Shown here: positions 37,389-48,477 of the stretch, piece by piece
Position numbering within the stretch: position 1 is the first letter of the stretch
Layout of the letters: each line of letters starts with the position of its first letter
From: an uncultured Lachnospiraceae bacterium
Lineage (GTDB): Bacteria; Bacillota; Clostridia; Lachnospirales; Lachnospiraceae
Length of the DNA stretch: 64,000 bases
Reading direction: 5' to 3'
Assembly (NCBI GenBank): GCA_947565425.1
Contig: CANOFW010000011.1
Location: 15,484-79,483, forward strand
Made by a program: the position numbers and the translations under genes
Notes under the pieces: model-generated
The model's input: only the letters and a program-made list of their open reading frames with translations
The model's database searches: none
What the model was told of the DNA's origin: nothing

Positions 37389-39128
37389 CTATTCAGTTAG
37401 CAGCGTCAAGCCGCTGATGTCCGGTGATGCCACAAGCGAGTAATTCGTATAATAGACCACAAAACCTGGCTTGCTGCCGTTCGGCTTTTTGACATTTTTC
37501 TTTTGTAGGTAGTCTATTTCTACTTTTTCATTGTCTCGTCCCTTAGAATAATAAGCGGCAAGTTGTCCCGCCTCCTCGAACGCACGGTCAGGCAGTTCTT
37601 CTCCGTTCGTTTTGACAATCACATGGGAACCGGGCATTCCTTTGGCATGGAACCACCAGTCATTTCCTGTGGCAAACTTAAAGGTCAATTCATCATTCTG
37701 ATAATTATTCTTTCCTATATAAATATGAAAGCCATCGGAGGAGAGATAATGAAAAGGTTTGCTTTTGATTTTTGCCTTTTTACCAGTATGTTTTTTCTTA
37801 ATATATCCGAATTGTGTAAGTTCCTCTTTAATCTGCGTCAAATCCTCCTCAGACACAGCAATGTCCAGGGAGGTGGAAATAGATTCCAGGTGCACGATTT
37901 CTTCCTGCGTCTCCTCGATCAAATCCGTCAACGCCTCGTAAGTGCGTTTCAACTTATTATAGCGAACAAAATATTTCTGAGCATTTTCCTGGGGCGTAAG
38001 CTGCGTGTCCAGTGGAATCGTAATCTCTTCGTTGGTGTAGTAATTGAGGGCAGTGAGGCTCTTTGCGCCTTCCTCTAGTCCATAGCCGTAAGTATTGATA
38101 AGCTCGCCGTACACTTTGTATTTGTCACGTTTTTCCGTGTCTTTGAGTTGTTTGAGCTGTAAATCATATTTTTTACGGCTGCGGTCCAAAACTGTGCCTA
38201 CAACTTTACGCAAATCCACAGATTTCTGGCGAATGCGCGTATATATATTCTTATCTGCATAGAAATTTTCCAAAACCTGAGAGATGCTAGGAAGACATAG
38301 GGCGTCCATATCTTCATACTGCGTGAGGGTGACGGCAGCAAAATCTATAGGTTCTTTGCCATTTTTTATAATGTTGGGGGAAAACGCGCCGTTTCTTATA
38401 TCATCCATCAGCCACAGAAAATGATGGCACAGATGCAGCCGTTCTTCTTCTGATAATGCGGCAGCCGCACGGTCGCCCTCAAGCCCGGCGCGGTGGCATA
38501 TCTCAGACGCAATGACAGGGCTGATACCGGTGTAAGTCGTATAAATACTCTTCTGCAAACTCTGCGGTTTTGCAAACACTTTTTGCACAAATTCATCCTC
38601 GGAGGTATCTAAGGGATTGAATTTTTCCTGTGTTTCGGGGATGAAATACATTCTTCCAGGCAGAACTTCCCGGACAGAGCTCACTTGTGCGGGAATATGC
38701 TTGATGCTGTCGATAATTTTCCCCTCCTCGTCGCAGAATATAATATTACTGTGTTTACCCATAATTTCTACAATGAGCTGTTTGTGGCAGAGGTCGCCCA
38801 GCTCATTGAGATGTTCTAATTCAAAATTGATAATGCGTTCCATCTGCGGCTGCCAGATTTTGGTGATCCTGCCGTTGGCAATATGTTTTCGCAGAAGCAT
38901 ACAAAAATTGGGCGCCGTCATGGGGCTTTGTTTGTTCTCTTTGGTAAGGTAAACCAATGGCAGGGACGCGCTGGCAGATAGGAGCAGACGCACTTGTCCA
39001 TTGTTTCCTTTGATTGTCAGTAGTAATTCATCGTTCTCTGGTTGTGCAATTTTGCTGATTCTGCCATTTAATATGTTCTCATTCAATTCTCTCACGAGAT
39101 TTGCAATCACAATTCCATCAAAAGCCAT
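37389..39128 (-). CDS. rqcH: Ribosome quality control NFACT protein RqcH (FbpA family)
   Basis: MAFDG, EIMGKHSNIIF, ENAQKYF..YNKLK, GKNNYQND, WFHAKGMPGSHV. Confidence 0.92.
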   Translation of the reverse strand: MAFDGIVIANLVRELNENILNGRISKIAQPENDELLLTIKGNNGQVRLLLSASASLPLVYLTKENKQSPMTAPNFCMLLRKHIANGRITKIWQPQMERIINFELEHLNELGDLCHKQLIVEIMGKHSNIIFCDEEGKIIDSIKHIPAQVSSVREVLPGRMYFIPETQEKFNPLDTSEDEFVQKVFAKPQSLQKSIYTTYTGISPVIASEICHRAGLEGDRAAAALSEEERLHLCHHFLWLMDDIRNGAFSPNIIKNGKEPIDFAAVTLTQYEDMDALCLPSISQVLENFYADKNIYTRIRQKSVDLRKVVGTVLDRSRKKYDLQLKQLKDTEKRDKYKVYGELINTYGYGLEEGAKSLTALNYYTNEEITIPLDTQLTPQENAQKYFVRYNKLKRTYEALTDLIEETQEEIVHLESISTSLDIAVSEEDLTQIKEELTQFGYIKKKHTGKKAKIKSKPFHYLSSDGFHIYIGKNNYQNDELTFKFATGNDWWFHAKGMPGSHVIVKTNGEELPDRAFEEAGQLAAYYSKGRDNEKVEIDYLQKKNVKKPNGSKPGFVVYYTNYSLVASPDISGLTLLTE

Positions 39129-39281
39129 AACCGTATATCTCCTTTCGGTAGTTCCTAACGTGACACTATCTCATAGTATATACCAACTTTCGCCAATAGA
39201 AAACTATAAAAAGAAAATTTGACTATTTCTGGAAACTGTTTTATAATATCTTTATCTATGCATGAAAGTGGGATGTTATTG

Positions 39282-40160
39282 ATGATAAAGAGCATGACTG
39301 GTTTTGGGCGTTGTGAAATTTCCAACGAAACACGCAGGGTTGTGGTGGAAATGAAATCGGTAAACCACCGGTATCTGGATGTCGCTGTCAAGATACCGAA
39401 GAAGTTGTCCCTTTTTGAAAATGCAATCCGCAGCCTGATCAAAGAATACGCCCAGCGGGGTAAGGTAGACATTTTTATCACTTATGAAGATTGTACCGAG
39501 AACCAGGTACAGTTAAAATACAACGAATCGCTTGCCGGAGAATATCTGAAATATATGCGCCAGATGGCGGAACATTTTGACATACCCTTAGAGCTCACAG
39601 CAGCGTCGCTTGCAAAATATCCAGAAGTCCTCTCGATGGAGGCGCAAGAATTGGATGAGAAAGAATGGTGGCAGCTTTTAGAGCAGGCAATCCGCGGAGC
39701 GGCAGAGAAGTTTGTAGAGGCAAGGACGCGCGAGGGCGAACATCTTCGAGAAGATTTGTTGGCGAAGTTGGATGCTATGGTAGGGTATGTGGAGCAGATT
39801 GAGGCACGTTCCCCTGAGATTGTAGCAGAATACCGGGAAAAATTGACGGATAAGGTGCAGGAGCTTCTTGCAGATACCCAGATAGAAGAATGCCGGCTCG
39901 TAACGGAAGTTACGATTTTTGCGGACAAAATCTGCACGGATGAAGAGACCGTCCGTTTAAAGAGCCATATCGGGAGTATGAAAGAGACCTTGATGCAAGG
40001 AAATAATATTGGGAGAAAGCTCGATTTTATCGCGCAGGAGATGAACCGCGAAGCTAACACTATTTTATCAAAGGCAAACGATATGGCGGTTTCAGATATT
40101 GCGATCAGCTTAAAGACCGATATTGAAAAGGTACGCGAGCAGATTCAGAACATTGAGTAA
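39282..40160 (+). CDS. YicC/YloC family endoribonuclease
   Basis: MIKSMTGFGR, SVNHRYLD, RGKVD, GRKLDFIAQEMNREANTILSK, REQIQNIE. Confidence 0.93.
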   Translation: MIKSMTGFGRCEISNETRRVVVEMKSVNHRYLDVAVKIPKKLSLFENAIRSLIKEYAQRGKVDIFITYEDCTENQVQLKYNESLAGEYLKYMRQMAEHFDIPLELTAASLAKYPEVLSMEAQELDEKEWWQLLEQAIRGAAEKFVEARTREGEHLREDLLAKLDAMVGYVEQIEARSPEIVAEYREKLTDKVQELLADTQIEECRLVTEVTIFADKICTDEETVRLKSHIGSMKETLMQGNNIGRKLDFIAQEMNREANTILSKANDMAVSDIAISLKTDIEKVREQIQNIE

Positions 40161-40193
40161 GAATAAAACAATATATATAAGGAAGCATACGGT

Positions 40194-40829
40194 ATGGGGA
40201 AAAAAGGAATTTTAGTTGTGGTTTCCGGTTTTTCAGGAGCCGGAAAAGGAACAATAATGAAACGATTGTTAGAGGACTATCCCGAACGCTACGCGCTTAG
40301 TATTTCAGCAACTACGCGCGCACCAAGACCGGGGGAGAGCCATGGCAAGGAATACTTTTTCGTTTCCAAAGAGGAATTTGAGGAGATGATTGAAAAGGAC
40401 GCATTGATCGAGTATGCCAGATATGTAAATAATTACTACGGTACGCCTAAGGATTATGTGTTTCAGCAATTAGAGGCCGGCAGGGACGTCATTCTTGAAA
40501 TTGAAATTCAAGGCGCCCTCAAAGTCAAAGAGGCATTTCAAGATACGCTTTTGCTGTTTGTTTCTCCGCCAAGCGCTCAGGAGTTAAAAGACCGTCTGGT
40601 GAACCGGGGGACGGAAGAGAGGGCAATTATCGAATCCAGGCTTAACCGCGCATGGCAGGAGGCTCAGGGTGTGGAAAATTACGATTACTTTGTAATCAAT
40701 GATGACCTTGAGGAATGTGTGCAGGAAGTACACAATATTATAAGAAATGAACATGCCCGGGTGACAAGGAACCATACAGTGATTGAAAATATAAGAGCAG
40801 AACTGAAAGGGTTTGCGAAAGGAGATTGA
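40194..40829 (+). CDS. gmk: Guanylate kinase
   Basis: SGFSGAGKGT, SATTRAPRPGE, YYGTP, LEIEIQGA. Confidence 0.96.
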   Translation: MGKKGILVVVSGFSGAGKGTIMKRLLEDYPERYALSISATTRAPRPGESHGKEYFFVSKEEFEEMIEKDALIEYARYVNNYYGTPKDYVFQQLEAGRDVILEIEIQGALKVKEAFQDTLLLFVSPPSAQELKDRLVNRGTEERAIIESRLNRAWQEAQGVENYDYFVINDDLEECVQEVHNIIRNEHARVTRNHTVIENIRAELKGFAKGD

Positions 40830-41095
40830 TTATTATGATGTTACATCCATCTTATTCAGATTTGATGAAAGTGGTAAACAGTGGAGTGGAGACGGGAGAT
40901 GAACCAGTCGTAAACAGCCGTTATTCCATTGTGCTTGCAACTTCAAAAAGGGCAAGGCAGATTATCAGCGGTGATGATCCTATGATAGACAGCCCTTCCA
41001 ATACGAAGCCGTTATCTATCGCGGTAGAGGAAGTCTTTAACAGCAAAGTGACGATTGTAGGCGAAGAAGAATCAGAGGAAGTAGAAGAAGCGTGA
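40826..41095 (+). CDS. rpoZ: RNA polymerase omega subunit
   Basis: SRYSIVLATSKRARQI...KPLSIAVEE, located after gmk. Confidence 0.9.
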   Translation: MIIMMLHPSYSDLMKVVNSGVETGDEPVVNSRYSIVLATSKRARQIISGDDPMIDSPSNTKPLSIAVEEVFNSKVTIVGEEESEEVEEA

Positions 41096-42417
41096 AAATT
41101 TTAATTGTTTCCCTGGGATGCGATAAGAATCTAGTAGACACGGAATTTATGATAGGGTCTTTGCAGGCAAGCGGGCATACGTTTACCAACGAAGAAGATG
41201 AGGCAGATGCTATTGTCATCAATAGTTGCTGCTTTATTAATGATGCCAAGGAAGAGAGCATCAATACCATCCTGGAAATGGCAGAGTATAAGAAGCGTGG
41301 AAGCTGTAAGGCTCTGCTTGTCACCGGCTGTCTTGCGCAACGATACCGCGAAGAGATTATTACAGAGATACCAGAGGTAGACGCTGTGCTCGGTACGAAT
41401 TCTTATGTAGAAATTGCACAGGCTCTGGAGGAAGTGCAGAAGGGAAAACGTTACATGTGTTACCGTTCTTTGGAAGGACTACCGGTACACAGTGCCAAAC
41501 GCTCGCTTACTACCGGGGGACATTATGCACATTTGAAAATTGCCGAAGGCTGCAATAAACATTGCAGTTATTGTATTATACCATCTATTCGCGGCAGTTA
41601 CCGTAGCGTGCCCATGGAAGACTTGCTTGCACAAGCGCAAGATTTGGCGGCGCAAGGCGTCAAAGAATTGATTCTCGTTGCGCAGGAGACAACGCTATAT
41701 GGTGTGGATTTGTATGGGGAAAAATCCCTGCATAAACTGTTAGATAAGCTAAGTGAGGTCGGAGGCATCCGCTGGATTCGTATTATGTATTGTTATCCCG
41801 AAGAGATATACGAAGAATTGATTGCAGCGTTCAAGCGCAATGAGAAGGTGTGTCATTATCTCGATATGCCGATTCAGCATATCAATGACACGATCTTGAA
41901 ACGGATGGGACGGCGGACGACAAAGGCAGAGCTGATAGAAGCTATCGCTCATTTGAAGAGAGAAATCCCCGATATTACATTGCGCACTACATTGATTGCC
42001 GGTTTTCCGGGAGAGACACAAGAAATGCACGAGGAGTTGATGTGCTTTTTAAACGAAATGGAATTTGATCGTTTAGGGGCATTTCCCTATTCCCCAGAAG
42101 AAGGAACGCCCGCGGCAGAATTTTCCGAGCAAATAGAAGAGTGTCAGAAGGAGATTTGGCGCGACGAGATTATGGAACTTGAGGAAGAAATTATTTTCGA
42201 CAAAAATGAAGAGATGAAAGGTCGTGAGCTGTCAGTGATGATTGAGGGCCGCGTAGATGGCGAAAACGCTTATGTAGGAAGGACTTACCGGGATGCGCCG
42301 GAGATCGACGGCTATATTTTCATCAATACGGATGAAACGCTGATGACCGGAGATTTTGTGAAAGTGCGTGTGACGGGCGCTTATGAATATGATTTGATAG
42401 GAGAGATGATAGCATGA
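41092..42417 (+). CDS. rimO: Ribosomal protein S12 methylthiotransferase
   Basis: SLGCDKNLVD, NSCCFI, GCL, CNKHCSYC, TRAM domain with DAPEIDG. Confidence 0.93.
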   Translation: MKILIVSLGCDKNLVDTEFMIGSLQASGHTFTNEEDEADAIVINSCCFINDAKEESINTILEMAEYKKRGSCKALLVTGCLAQRYREEIITEIPEVDAVLGTNSYVEIAQALEEVQKGKRYMCYRSLEGLPVHSAKRSLTTGGHYAHLKIAEGCNKHCSYCIIPSIRGSYRSVPMEDLLAQAQDLAAQGVKELILVAQETTLYGVDLYGEKSLHKLLDKLSEVGGIRWIRIMYCYPEEIYEELIAAFKRNEKVCHYLDMPIQHINDTILKRMGRRTTKAELIEAIAHLKREIPDITLRTTLIAGFPGETQEMHEELMCFLNEMEFDRLGAFPYSPEEGTPAAEFSEQIEECQKEIWRDEIMELEEEIIFDKNEEMKGRELSVMIEGRVDGENAYVGRTYRDAPEIDGYIFINTDETLMTGDFVKVRVTGAYEYDLIGEMIA

Positions 42418-42956
42418 ATTTACCAAATAAACTGACAATTCTGCGCGTGATTTTAATCGTGCCTTTTGTGCTCTGCATGTTGCTTCCAGGCTTAGGCGAC
42501 GCCGGCATGTATGCTGCGGTGGCAATCTTTATTATTGCCAGCCTGACGGATCTTTTTGATGGTAAAATAGCAAGAAAGTATAATCTTGTTACAAATTTCG
42601 GCAAATTTATGGATCCCTTAGCGGATAAACTTCTAGTAGCGGCAGCATTAATCTGCCTTACGGCAAACGGCAGGCTTGCAGCCTGGATTTCCATTATTAT
42701 CATTAGCCGTGAATTTATCATCAGTGGTTTTCGCCTGGTGGCATCTGACAATGGAGTTGTGATTGCTGCAAGTTACTGGGGGAAATTCAAGACAACATTT
42801 CAGATGGTAATGATTGTCATGCTGATTTTAAATTTTGACAATGAAATATATCAGCTTTGCGCACTGGTGATTACATACATTGCCTTGATATTGACTCTGG
42901 TTTCTCTGATAGATTACCTGATTAAGAATAAAGACGTTCTGAAAGAGCAAAAATAA
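42414..42956 (+). CDS. pgsA: CDP-diacylglycerol--glycerol-3-phosphate 3-phosphatidyltransferase
   Basis: MNLPNKLT, TDLFDGKIARK...FGKFMDPLADK. Confidence 0.95.
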   Translation: MNLPNKLTILRVILIVPFVLCMLLPGLGDAGMYAAVAIFIIASLTDLFDGKIARKYNLVTNFGKFMDPLADKLLVAAALICLTANGRLAAWISIIIISREFIISGFRLVASDNGVVIAASYWGKFKTTFQMVMIVMLILNFDNEIYQLCALVITYIALILTLVSLIDYLIKNKDVLKEQK

Positions 42957-42990
42957 AGTTGAGAAAGATTGAGAAAAGGACGTTGATATT

Positions 42991-44229
42991 ATGACAGTAG
43001 AATTGATTTGTGTAGGGACAGAGCTGCTTCTTGGCAATATTGTCAACACAAATGCAGCTTTCATTTCTGAAAAATGTGCGATGTTGGGACTCTCTATGTT
43101 CTACCAGAGTGTGGTTGGCGACAACGAGAGTCGGCTAAAAGAACTTCTAAAAACAGCCAAAGATCGCTCGGACATCGTTATTCTCTGCGGAGGATTAGGA
43201 CCTACGCAGGATGATCTTACCAAAGAGACAGCGGCTAAAGTCATGGGCCGGCCGTTGGTGGAAGATGCAAGGGCACGGCAGGAAATTGAATCATTTATGG
43301 CAAAGCGCAGTCGCAACGTTACAGAGAACAATTGGAAACAGGCGCTTGTGCCTAAGGACAGTAAAATATTATACAACCCCAATGGAACGGCGCCGGGCAT
43401 TATTATGGAAGAGGGCGGGCAGCGTATCATTCTTCTTCCTGGTCCGCCAAACGAATTGATTCCCATGTTTGAGGAACAAGTCTACCCTTATCTACATGCA
43501 ATTCAGCCGGAAACGATTTGTTCTAAAATGGTCAAGTTATGCGGTATCGGAGAAAGTTCAGCCGAGACGAAAATATTAGATTTGATCGAGGGGCAGACGA
43601 ATCCCACGGTAGCGCCGTATGCCAAGACGGGAGAAGTGCACTTGAGGCTCACAGCAAAAGCAGCCAGTGAAGCAGAGGCATATCAACTGATTGTGCCAGT
43701 GGAAGAAGAATTGAAACAGCGTTTTGGCAAGCTGATTTATACGGATGATCCAACAGTAACGCTTGAGATGGCAGTGTATGAATTGCTGAAAGCCCATAAC
43801 TTGACGGTGACCTGCGCTGAATCCTGTACCGGAGGACTGCTTGTGGGCAGACTTATCAATGTTCCGGGCATTTCCACATATTTGAAAGAGAGTTATGTCA
43901 CTTATTCTAACGAAGCCAAAGAAAAGCTTCTGAATGTTCCAGCAGATACGTTACAACAGTATGGCGCAGTCAGTCCGCAGACAGCGGAGGCGATGGCAGC
44001 GGGCGGCGCGAAAGCCGCAGGGACAGATTTATGTATTGCCGTTACCGGGATTGCCGGTCCGGACGGCGGGACAATGGACAAGCCGGTGGGACTTGTGTAC
44101 ATGAGCTGTTATTGTCAGGGTAAATTATATACGGAGAAAAACCAGTATACCGGCAGCCGCAGCAAAATACGCGAATATTCCGTGGCAAGTGCGCTGACGC
44201 TGCTTCGGAGAGCAATACTAGAATATTAA
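42991..44229 (+). CDS. cinA: Competence/damage-inducible protein CinA (molybdopterin-binding-like domain plus NMN deamidase)
   Basis: GTELLLG, GGLGPTQDDLT, AESCTGGLL, TGIAGPDGG. Confidence 0.93.
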   Translation: MTVELICVGTELLLGNIVNTNAAFISEKCAMLGLSMFYQSVVGDNESRLKELLKTAKDRSDIVILCGGLGPTQDDLTKETAAKVMGRPLVEDARARQEIESFMAKRSRNVTENNWKQALVPKDSKILYNPNGTAPGIIMEEGGQRIILLPGPPNELIPMFEEQVYPYLHAIQPETICSKMVKLCGIGESSAETKILDLIEGQTNPTVAPYAKTGEVHLRLTAKAASEAEAYQLIVPVEEELKQRFGKLIYTDDPTVTLEMAVYELLKAHNLTVTCAESCTGGLLVGRLINVPGISTYLKESYVTYSNEAKEKLLNVPADTLQQYGAVSPQTAEAMAAGGAKAAGTDLCIAVTGIAGPDGGTMDKPVGLVYMSCYCQGKLYTEKNQYTGSRSKIREYSVASALTLLRRAILEY

Positions 44230-44281
44230 CCGTTCAATCTGCGCTGTATCATAAGGCTGAGCATATTTAGGAGGTAACCTC

Positions 44282-44836
44282 ATGCGCATTATCGCTGGAA
44301 AAGCAAGGCGTTTGCCACTGAAAACAATTGCAGGCATTGAAACAAGGCCCACCACAGATAGAGTGAAAGAGACACTTTTTAATATGCTTAGTCCTGAGTT
44401 GCCGGACTGTCGTTTCCTTGATCTGTTTGCCGGGAGTGGTCAGATTGGACTGGAAGCGGTGAGCCGTGGAGCGCAAAAAGCGGTGTTTGTGGAGAACAGC
44501 AAAAGAGCAGCGGCATGTATTGAGGAGAATATAAAGTTTACCAAATTGACAGAAAACTGTACCGTGCTTGTGAAGGATGCCGTTTCTGCCATCCGTTGGC
44601 TTAAGGGACGTGAGAGTTTTGATATCGTATTCATGGACCCTCCTTACGACAGACATTTAGAAGAGGACACATTGCGGGCATTAGCATCATCCGCTATTAT
44701 CCATGAGGGCTCTTTGGTCATCGTGGAGGCTTCCTTGCATACAGATTTGTCTTACGCTGCCAATTTGGGTTATGAAATCACGAAAGAGAAAGCATATAAA
44801 ACCAATCAACATATTTTTTTACGGTTTATAAGATAA
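44282..44836 (+). CDS. rsmD: 16S rRNA m2G966 methyltransferase
   Basis: MRIIAG, RPTTDRVKETLFN, DLFAGSG, DPPY. Confidence 0.93.
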   Translation: MRIIAGKARRLPLKTIAGIETRPTTDRVKETLFNMLSPELPDCRFLDLFAGSGQIGLEAVSRGAQKAVFVENSKRAAACIEENIKFTKLTENCTVLVKDAVSAIRWLKGRESFDIVFMDPPYDRHLEEDTLRALASSAIIHEGSLVIVEASLHTDLSYAANLGYEITKEKAYKTNQHIFLRFIR

Positions 44837-44855
44837 GCCGGAATGAGGGTAACAT

Positions 44856-45335
44856 ATGAAAAGAGCAATATATCCGGGCAGTTTTGATCCGGTGACCTTC
44901 GGGCATATTGATATGATCGAGCGATCAGCGAAAATTGTAGACGAGCTGGTGGTGGCAATTTTGAACAATAGTGCAAAAAATCCATTGTTTTCTGTGGAAG
45001 AACGTGTTAGTATGTTAAAGGAAACAGCCGGACATGTCCCCAACGTCAAGATAACATTTTTCGATGGGCTCTTAATTGATTATGCCAGAAATATTGATGC
45101 AACAATAATTATAAGGGGACTTCGCGCCGTGACGGATTTTGAATATGAGCTGCAAATTGCTCAGACCAACCGGATTGTCAACTCAGGAATAGACACTATC
45201 TTCTTAACTACTAGTCTGGAATATGCCTATTTGAGTTCTACCATCGTCAAGGAGGTTGCTTCTTATGGAGGAGACATCTCACATTTTGTACCAAAACAGT
45301 TGATACCGCAAATTTATGAAAAATATATACGTTAG
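44856..45335 (+). CDS. coaD: Pantetheine-phosphate adenylyltransferase
   Basis: [31 protein letters not shown]. Confidence 0.96.
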   Translation: MKRAIYPGSFDPVTFGHIDMIERSAKIVDELVVAILNNSAKNPLFSVEERVSMLKETAGHVPNVKITFFDGLLIDYARNIDATIIIRGLRAVTDFEYELQIAQTNRIVNSGIDTIFLTTSLEYAYLSSTIVKEVASYGGDISHFVPKQLIPQIYEKYIR

Positions 45336-45346
45336 GAGCAGTGTGT

Positions 45347-45976
45347 ATGAGCAGCAAAATCGAACAGGCGATTGATGAGATTGAAGATTTTATTGAAAAC
45401 TGTAAATTTCAGCCGTTTTCTAACACAAAAATTATCGTAGACAAAGAGGAACTGGATAACTTATTATCAGAACTTAGGCGCAGAACGCCGGATGAAATCA
45501 AGAACTATCAGAAGATGCTCCGTAATAAGGAGGCGATTCTTGCAGATGCCAAAACCAAAGCGGAGGCGATTATTTCCAAAGCTGAGGTACATACCACAGA
45601 ATTAATCAGCGAGCACCAGATTATGCAAAGAGCGTATGCGCAGGCAGATGACGTGGTAAGAATCGCAACGAATCAGGCACAGGAGATTCTTGACAGCGCT
45701 ACCATTGACGCGAACAATATTCGTATGGGAGCCATCCAGTATACAGACGATATGCTCAACAGTATAGAAGAGATTATTGTGATGGCAATAGAGACGACGG
45801 GTGCCAGGACGGACAGTCTACTGGGCTCATTACAGGCATGTTATGATAAGGTAAATGCAAATCGCAGGGAGTTAGCTCCAGCAGAGATGGAGGCATCCAT
45901 GAGCCAGGAAACACAGCAGACAGCACCGCCTGCCAAAGATACCGTTTCAGAAATAAAGCTGACGGATATCAATTAG
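45347..45976 (+). CDS. Conserved coiled-coil protein following coaD (DivIVA/ATPase-subunit-like repeats)
   Basis: Helical heptad pattern (ILADAKTKAEAII..., AQEILDSA); a typical clostridial neighbour of coaD. Confidence 0.7.
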   Translation: MSSKIEQAIDEIEDFIENCKFQPFSNTKIIVDKEELDNLLSELRRRTPDEIKNYQKMLRNKEAILADAKTKAEAIISKAEVHTTELISEHQIMQRAYAQADDVVRIATNQAQEILDSATIDANNIRMGAIQYTDDMLNSIEEIIVMAIETTGARTDSLLGSLQACYDKVNANRRELAPAEMEASMSQETQQTAPPAKDTVSEIKLTDIN

Positions 45977-46012
45977 CAGCGGACATGCTTGATTCACAGG
46001 TTTTTACGATGA

Positions 46013-46936
46013 TTAAGCCATTGTCTGTGTGAGAAGAATTGCCAGACCAACAGAAATTGCTGTCCCCAGAAGTTTCATCTGTAGGTATGGAATCATAGAT
46101 AATTTGCTGTCTTTTACCATGGAAGCAGTCTGTGCAAAGCCGGAAAGCCCGCCAAAAGCAGTAAATGATACCATTAGCGGATAGGCGAGCGGAAAATCCA
46201 ACCCCAATCTGGCTGTGTAGGAGATTCCATTGGTGATTTCTGTGCATCCAATCAGCAGGCATTTCAGCAAAGGGTCGGATATTGGAAGCATTGTTGTCAT
46301 CTGTGCTAAAATGGCAAAGAGGATGATATATCCCCCCAGTTTTGCCAGTGTTTCAAAACCGTTCATAATACCGGCGTCTATGAGCTGAAGGTTCATGGAT
46401 GCCGTTTTTTTAGAAGAATTTTCCAAGGGCGTCGTAAAATGGCGCTTACAGTTCCATATCATGTAGAGTACAAGCGGGGGAACATATAGTATGAGATATG
46501 TGGCAAGCCGCAGTTCGGGCCGCCCCAAACTTTCGTTAAGGATGAAACTGCCAACAAACATGGGGCTGATATTATTGCAGGCGCAAAACAATCGTTGTCC
46601 CTCCTCGCGGCTCATTTTCCCGGAATGTACTAAGTCAGCGGTAATTTTACTTCCCATGGGGAATCCAAACAATAATCCGGCAATCAGCGGATAAAGCCCC
46701 GCACTGCTTACCGGGAAAAATTTTCCCAGAAAACGGTGGGCCAAGCTTGCACAACTGTCAAGAATTCCGGAGTGTATCAATATGTAGGAGAGAATGGAAA
46801 ACGGCAGCAGCGTAGGCAGCATATTTTCATACCAGAGATTGAGTCCAATTGTGGCCGCGCCTACCGATTCCTCTGGAAAAGCAAGAATATAAAATAAAAA
46901 TCCAACTAAAATAATAATGTACATGATTTTTTTCAT
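46013..46936 (-). CDS. ylbJ: Sporulation integral membrane protein YlbJ-like
   Basis: GLNLWYENMLPTLLPF, GFPMG, EITNG, FGGLSG motifs. Confidence 0.8.
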   Translation of the reverse strand: MKKIMYIIILVGFLFYILAFPEESVGAATIGLNLWYENMLPTLLPFSILSYILIHSGILDSCASLAHRFLGKFFPVSSAGLYPLIAGLLFGFPMGSKITADLVHSGKMSREEGQRLFCACNNISPMFVGSFILNESLGRPELRLATYLILYVPPLVLYMIWNCKRHFTTPLENSSKKTASMNLQLIDAGIMNGFETLAKLGGYIILFAILAQMTTMLPISDPLLKCLLIGCTEITNGISYTARLGLDFPLAYPLMVSFTAFGGLSGFAQTASMVKDSKLSMIPYLQMKLLGTAISVGLAILLTQTMA

Positions 46937-46987
46937 AGTTTATTCTATGAGCCAATTATATAAATATACCAATGGAGGAGAGCAATC

Positions 46988-48439
46988 ATGAGAGTATGTG
47001 AACAACTAAAGCCACAGAAGGTATTTGCGTATTTTGAGGATATCTGCCAGATTCCCCACGGTTCCCGCAATACTAAGGCAATCAGCGACTATTGTGTATC
47101 TTTTGCCAAGGATCACCACCTTAGATATATTCAGGATGAGGACAATAATGTGGTGATTTTCAAAGAGGCGTCCGCAGGGTATGAGGCTAGTGAGCCGATT
47201 ATTATTCAGGGACATCTGGACATGGTATGCGAGAAAGAAAGCGGCGTAGACATTGATTTTGAGAAGGATGGTTTGCGTTTGTATGTGGACGGCGATTTTC
47301 TCAAAGCAGAGGGAACTACGCTTGGCGGCGACGACGGAATTGCGGTTGCCTATGCGCTTGCTATATTAGACGATAATTCCTTGGAGCATCCGCCGCTGGA
47401 AATCGTTTTTACGGTAGATGAAGAGATTGGTATGCTGGGCGCTGAATCAATGGATCTTTCCATGTTAAAGGGCAGAAAACTTTTGAACATTGATTCTGAT
47501 GAGGAGGGCATTTTCCTCACGAGCTGCGCCGGCGGGTTGCAGGCAGAATGTAAACTTGCAGTTTCCCGTGTGGAAGCGGAAGGTATACAGTATGAAATAA
47601 AAGTAAGTGGACTGCAAGGCGGGCATTCCGGCAGTGAGATTAACAAAGAACGTGGAAATGCCATTGAGTTGCTGGGTAGGGTGTTGGATTCTCTGAATAA
47701 AGACATTTCCTTTGCCATGGAACGTATGGAAGGCGGCCTGAAAGACAACGCCATCCCTCGCGACGCCAAGGCTGTGATTTTGGTGGAGTCAGAGGACGCA
47801 GGGAACGAGTTATGCAACAGTGTGCAGGCTTTAGAACAAAAAATACAAAAAGAGTTTCAGTCCTCAGACCCAGGCGTCACCATATCCTGTCAGAAGATAC
47901 AGGAGGGAAAAAGCCTTGTCCTGCACGGTTCAACAGCTTCTAAGGTTTTATTTTTCCTGCGTATGATGCCTAATGGCATCCAGCATATGAGTATGGATAT
48001 TGAAGGCTTAGTGGAAACGTCCCTAAATGCTGGAATTATGCGGCTTACCGAAGATACCTTTTCGGTGTGTTTCGCTGTGCGCAGCAGTGTTACCAGCCGG
48101 AAAATGGAAGTTGCAGAGCGTCTGACATTCCTCACAGAGTTTTTGGGCGGTGAGATTACAATTGGCGGCGACTATCCGGCATGGGAGTACAAAGCAGATT
48201 CCGTTATGCGGGAACGTATGGCAAAAACTTATCAGGATTTATTCGGCGAGGAGCCTAAGATTGAGGCAATCCATGCGGGGTTGGAGTGTGGTCTGTTCTC
48301 GGGAAAACTTCCGGGGCTCGATTGTATCTCCTTTGGACCAAACAACTATGATATCCACACGCCGAAAGAGCGACTGAGTATATCTTCCACAGAAAAGATA
48401 TGGAAACTTTTGGTAGAATTCCTGAAACGGATGAAATAA
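46988..48439 (+). CDS. pepD: Aminoacyl-histidine dipeptidase (M20)
   Basis: QGHLDMVCEK, TLGGDDG, DEEIGM, GGHSG, IHAGLECG, HTPKE. Confidence 0.93.
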   Translation: MRVCEQLKPQKVFAYFEDICQIPHGSRNTKAISDYCVSFAKDHHLRYIQDEDNNVVIFKEASAGYEASEPIIIQGHLDMVCEKESGVDIDFEKDGLRLYVDGDFLKAEGTTLGGDDGIAVAYALAILDDNSLEHPPLEIVFTVDEEIGMLGAESMDLSMLKGRKLLNIDSDEEGIFLTSCAGGLQAECKLAVSRVEAEGIQYEIKVSGLQGGHSGSEINKERGNAIELLGRVLDSLNKDISFAMERMEGGLKDNAIPRDAKAVILVESEDAGNELCNSVQALEQKIQKEFQSSDPGVTISCQKIQEGKSLVLHGSTASKVLFFLRMMPNGIQHMSMDIEGLVETSLNAGIMRLTEDTFSVCFAVRSSVTSRKMEVAERLTFLTEFLGGEITIGGDYPAWEYKADSVMRERMAKTYQDLFGEEPKIEAIHAGLECGLFSGKLPGLDCISFGPNNYDIHTPKERLSISSTEKIWKLLVEFLKRMK

Positions 48440-48477
48440 TAAAATAGTGATATCAAAACCGGAAAATAAAGGGGTCT

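Noticed and set aside
40160-40194. Absence of the remA/DUF370 gene between yicC and gmk
   Set aside because: Simple lineage-specific gene loss or relocation; no remnant or other signal in the sequence.
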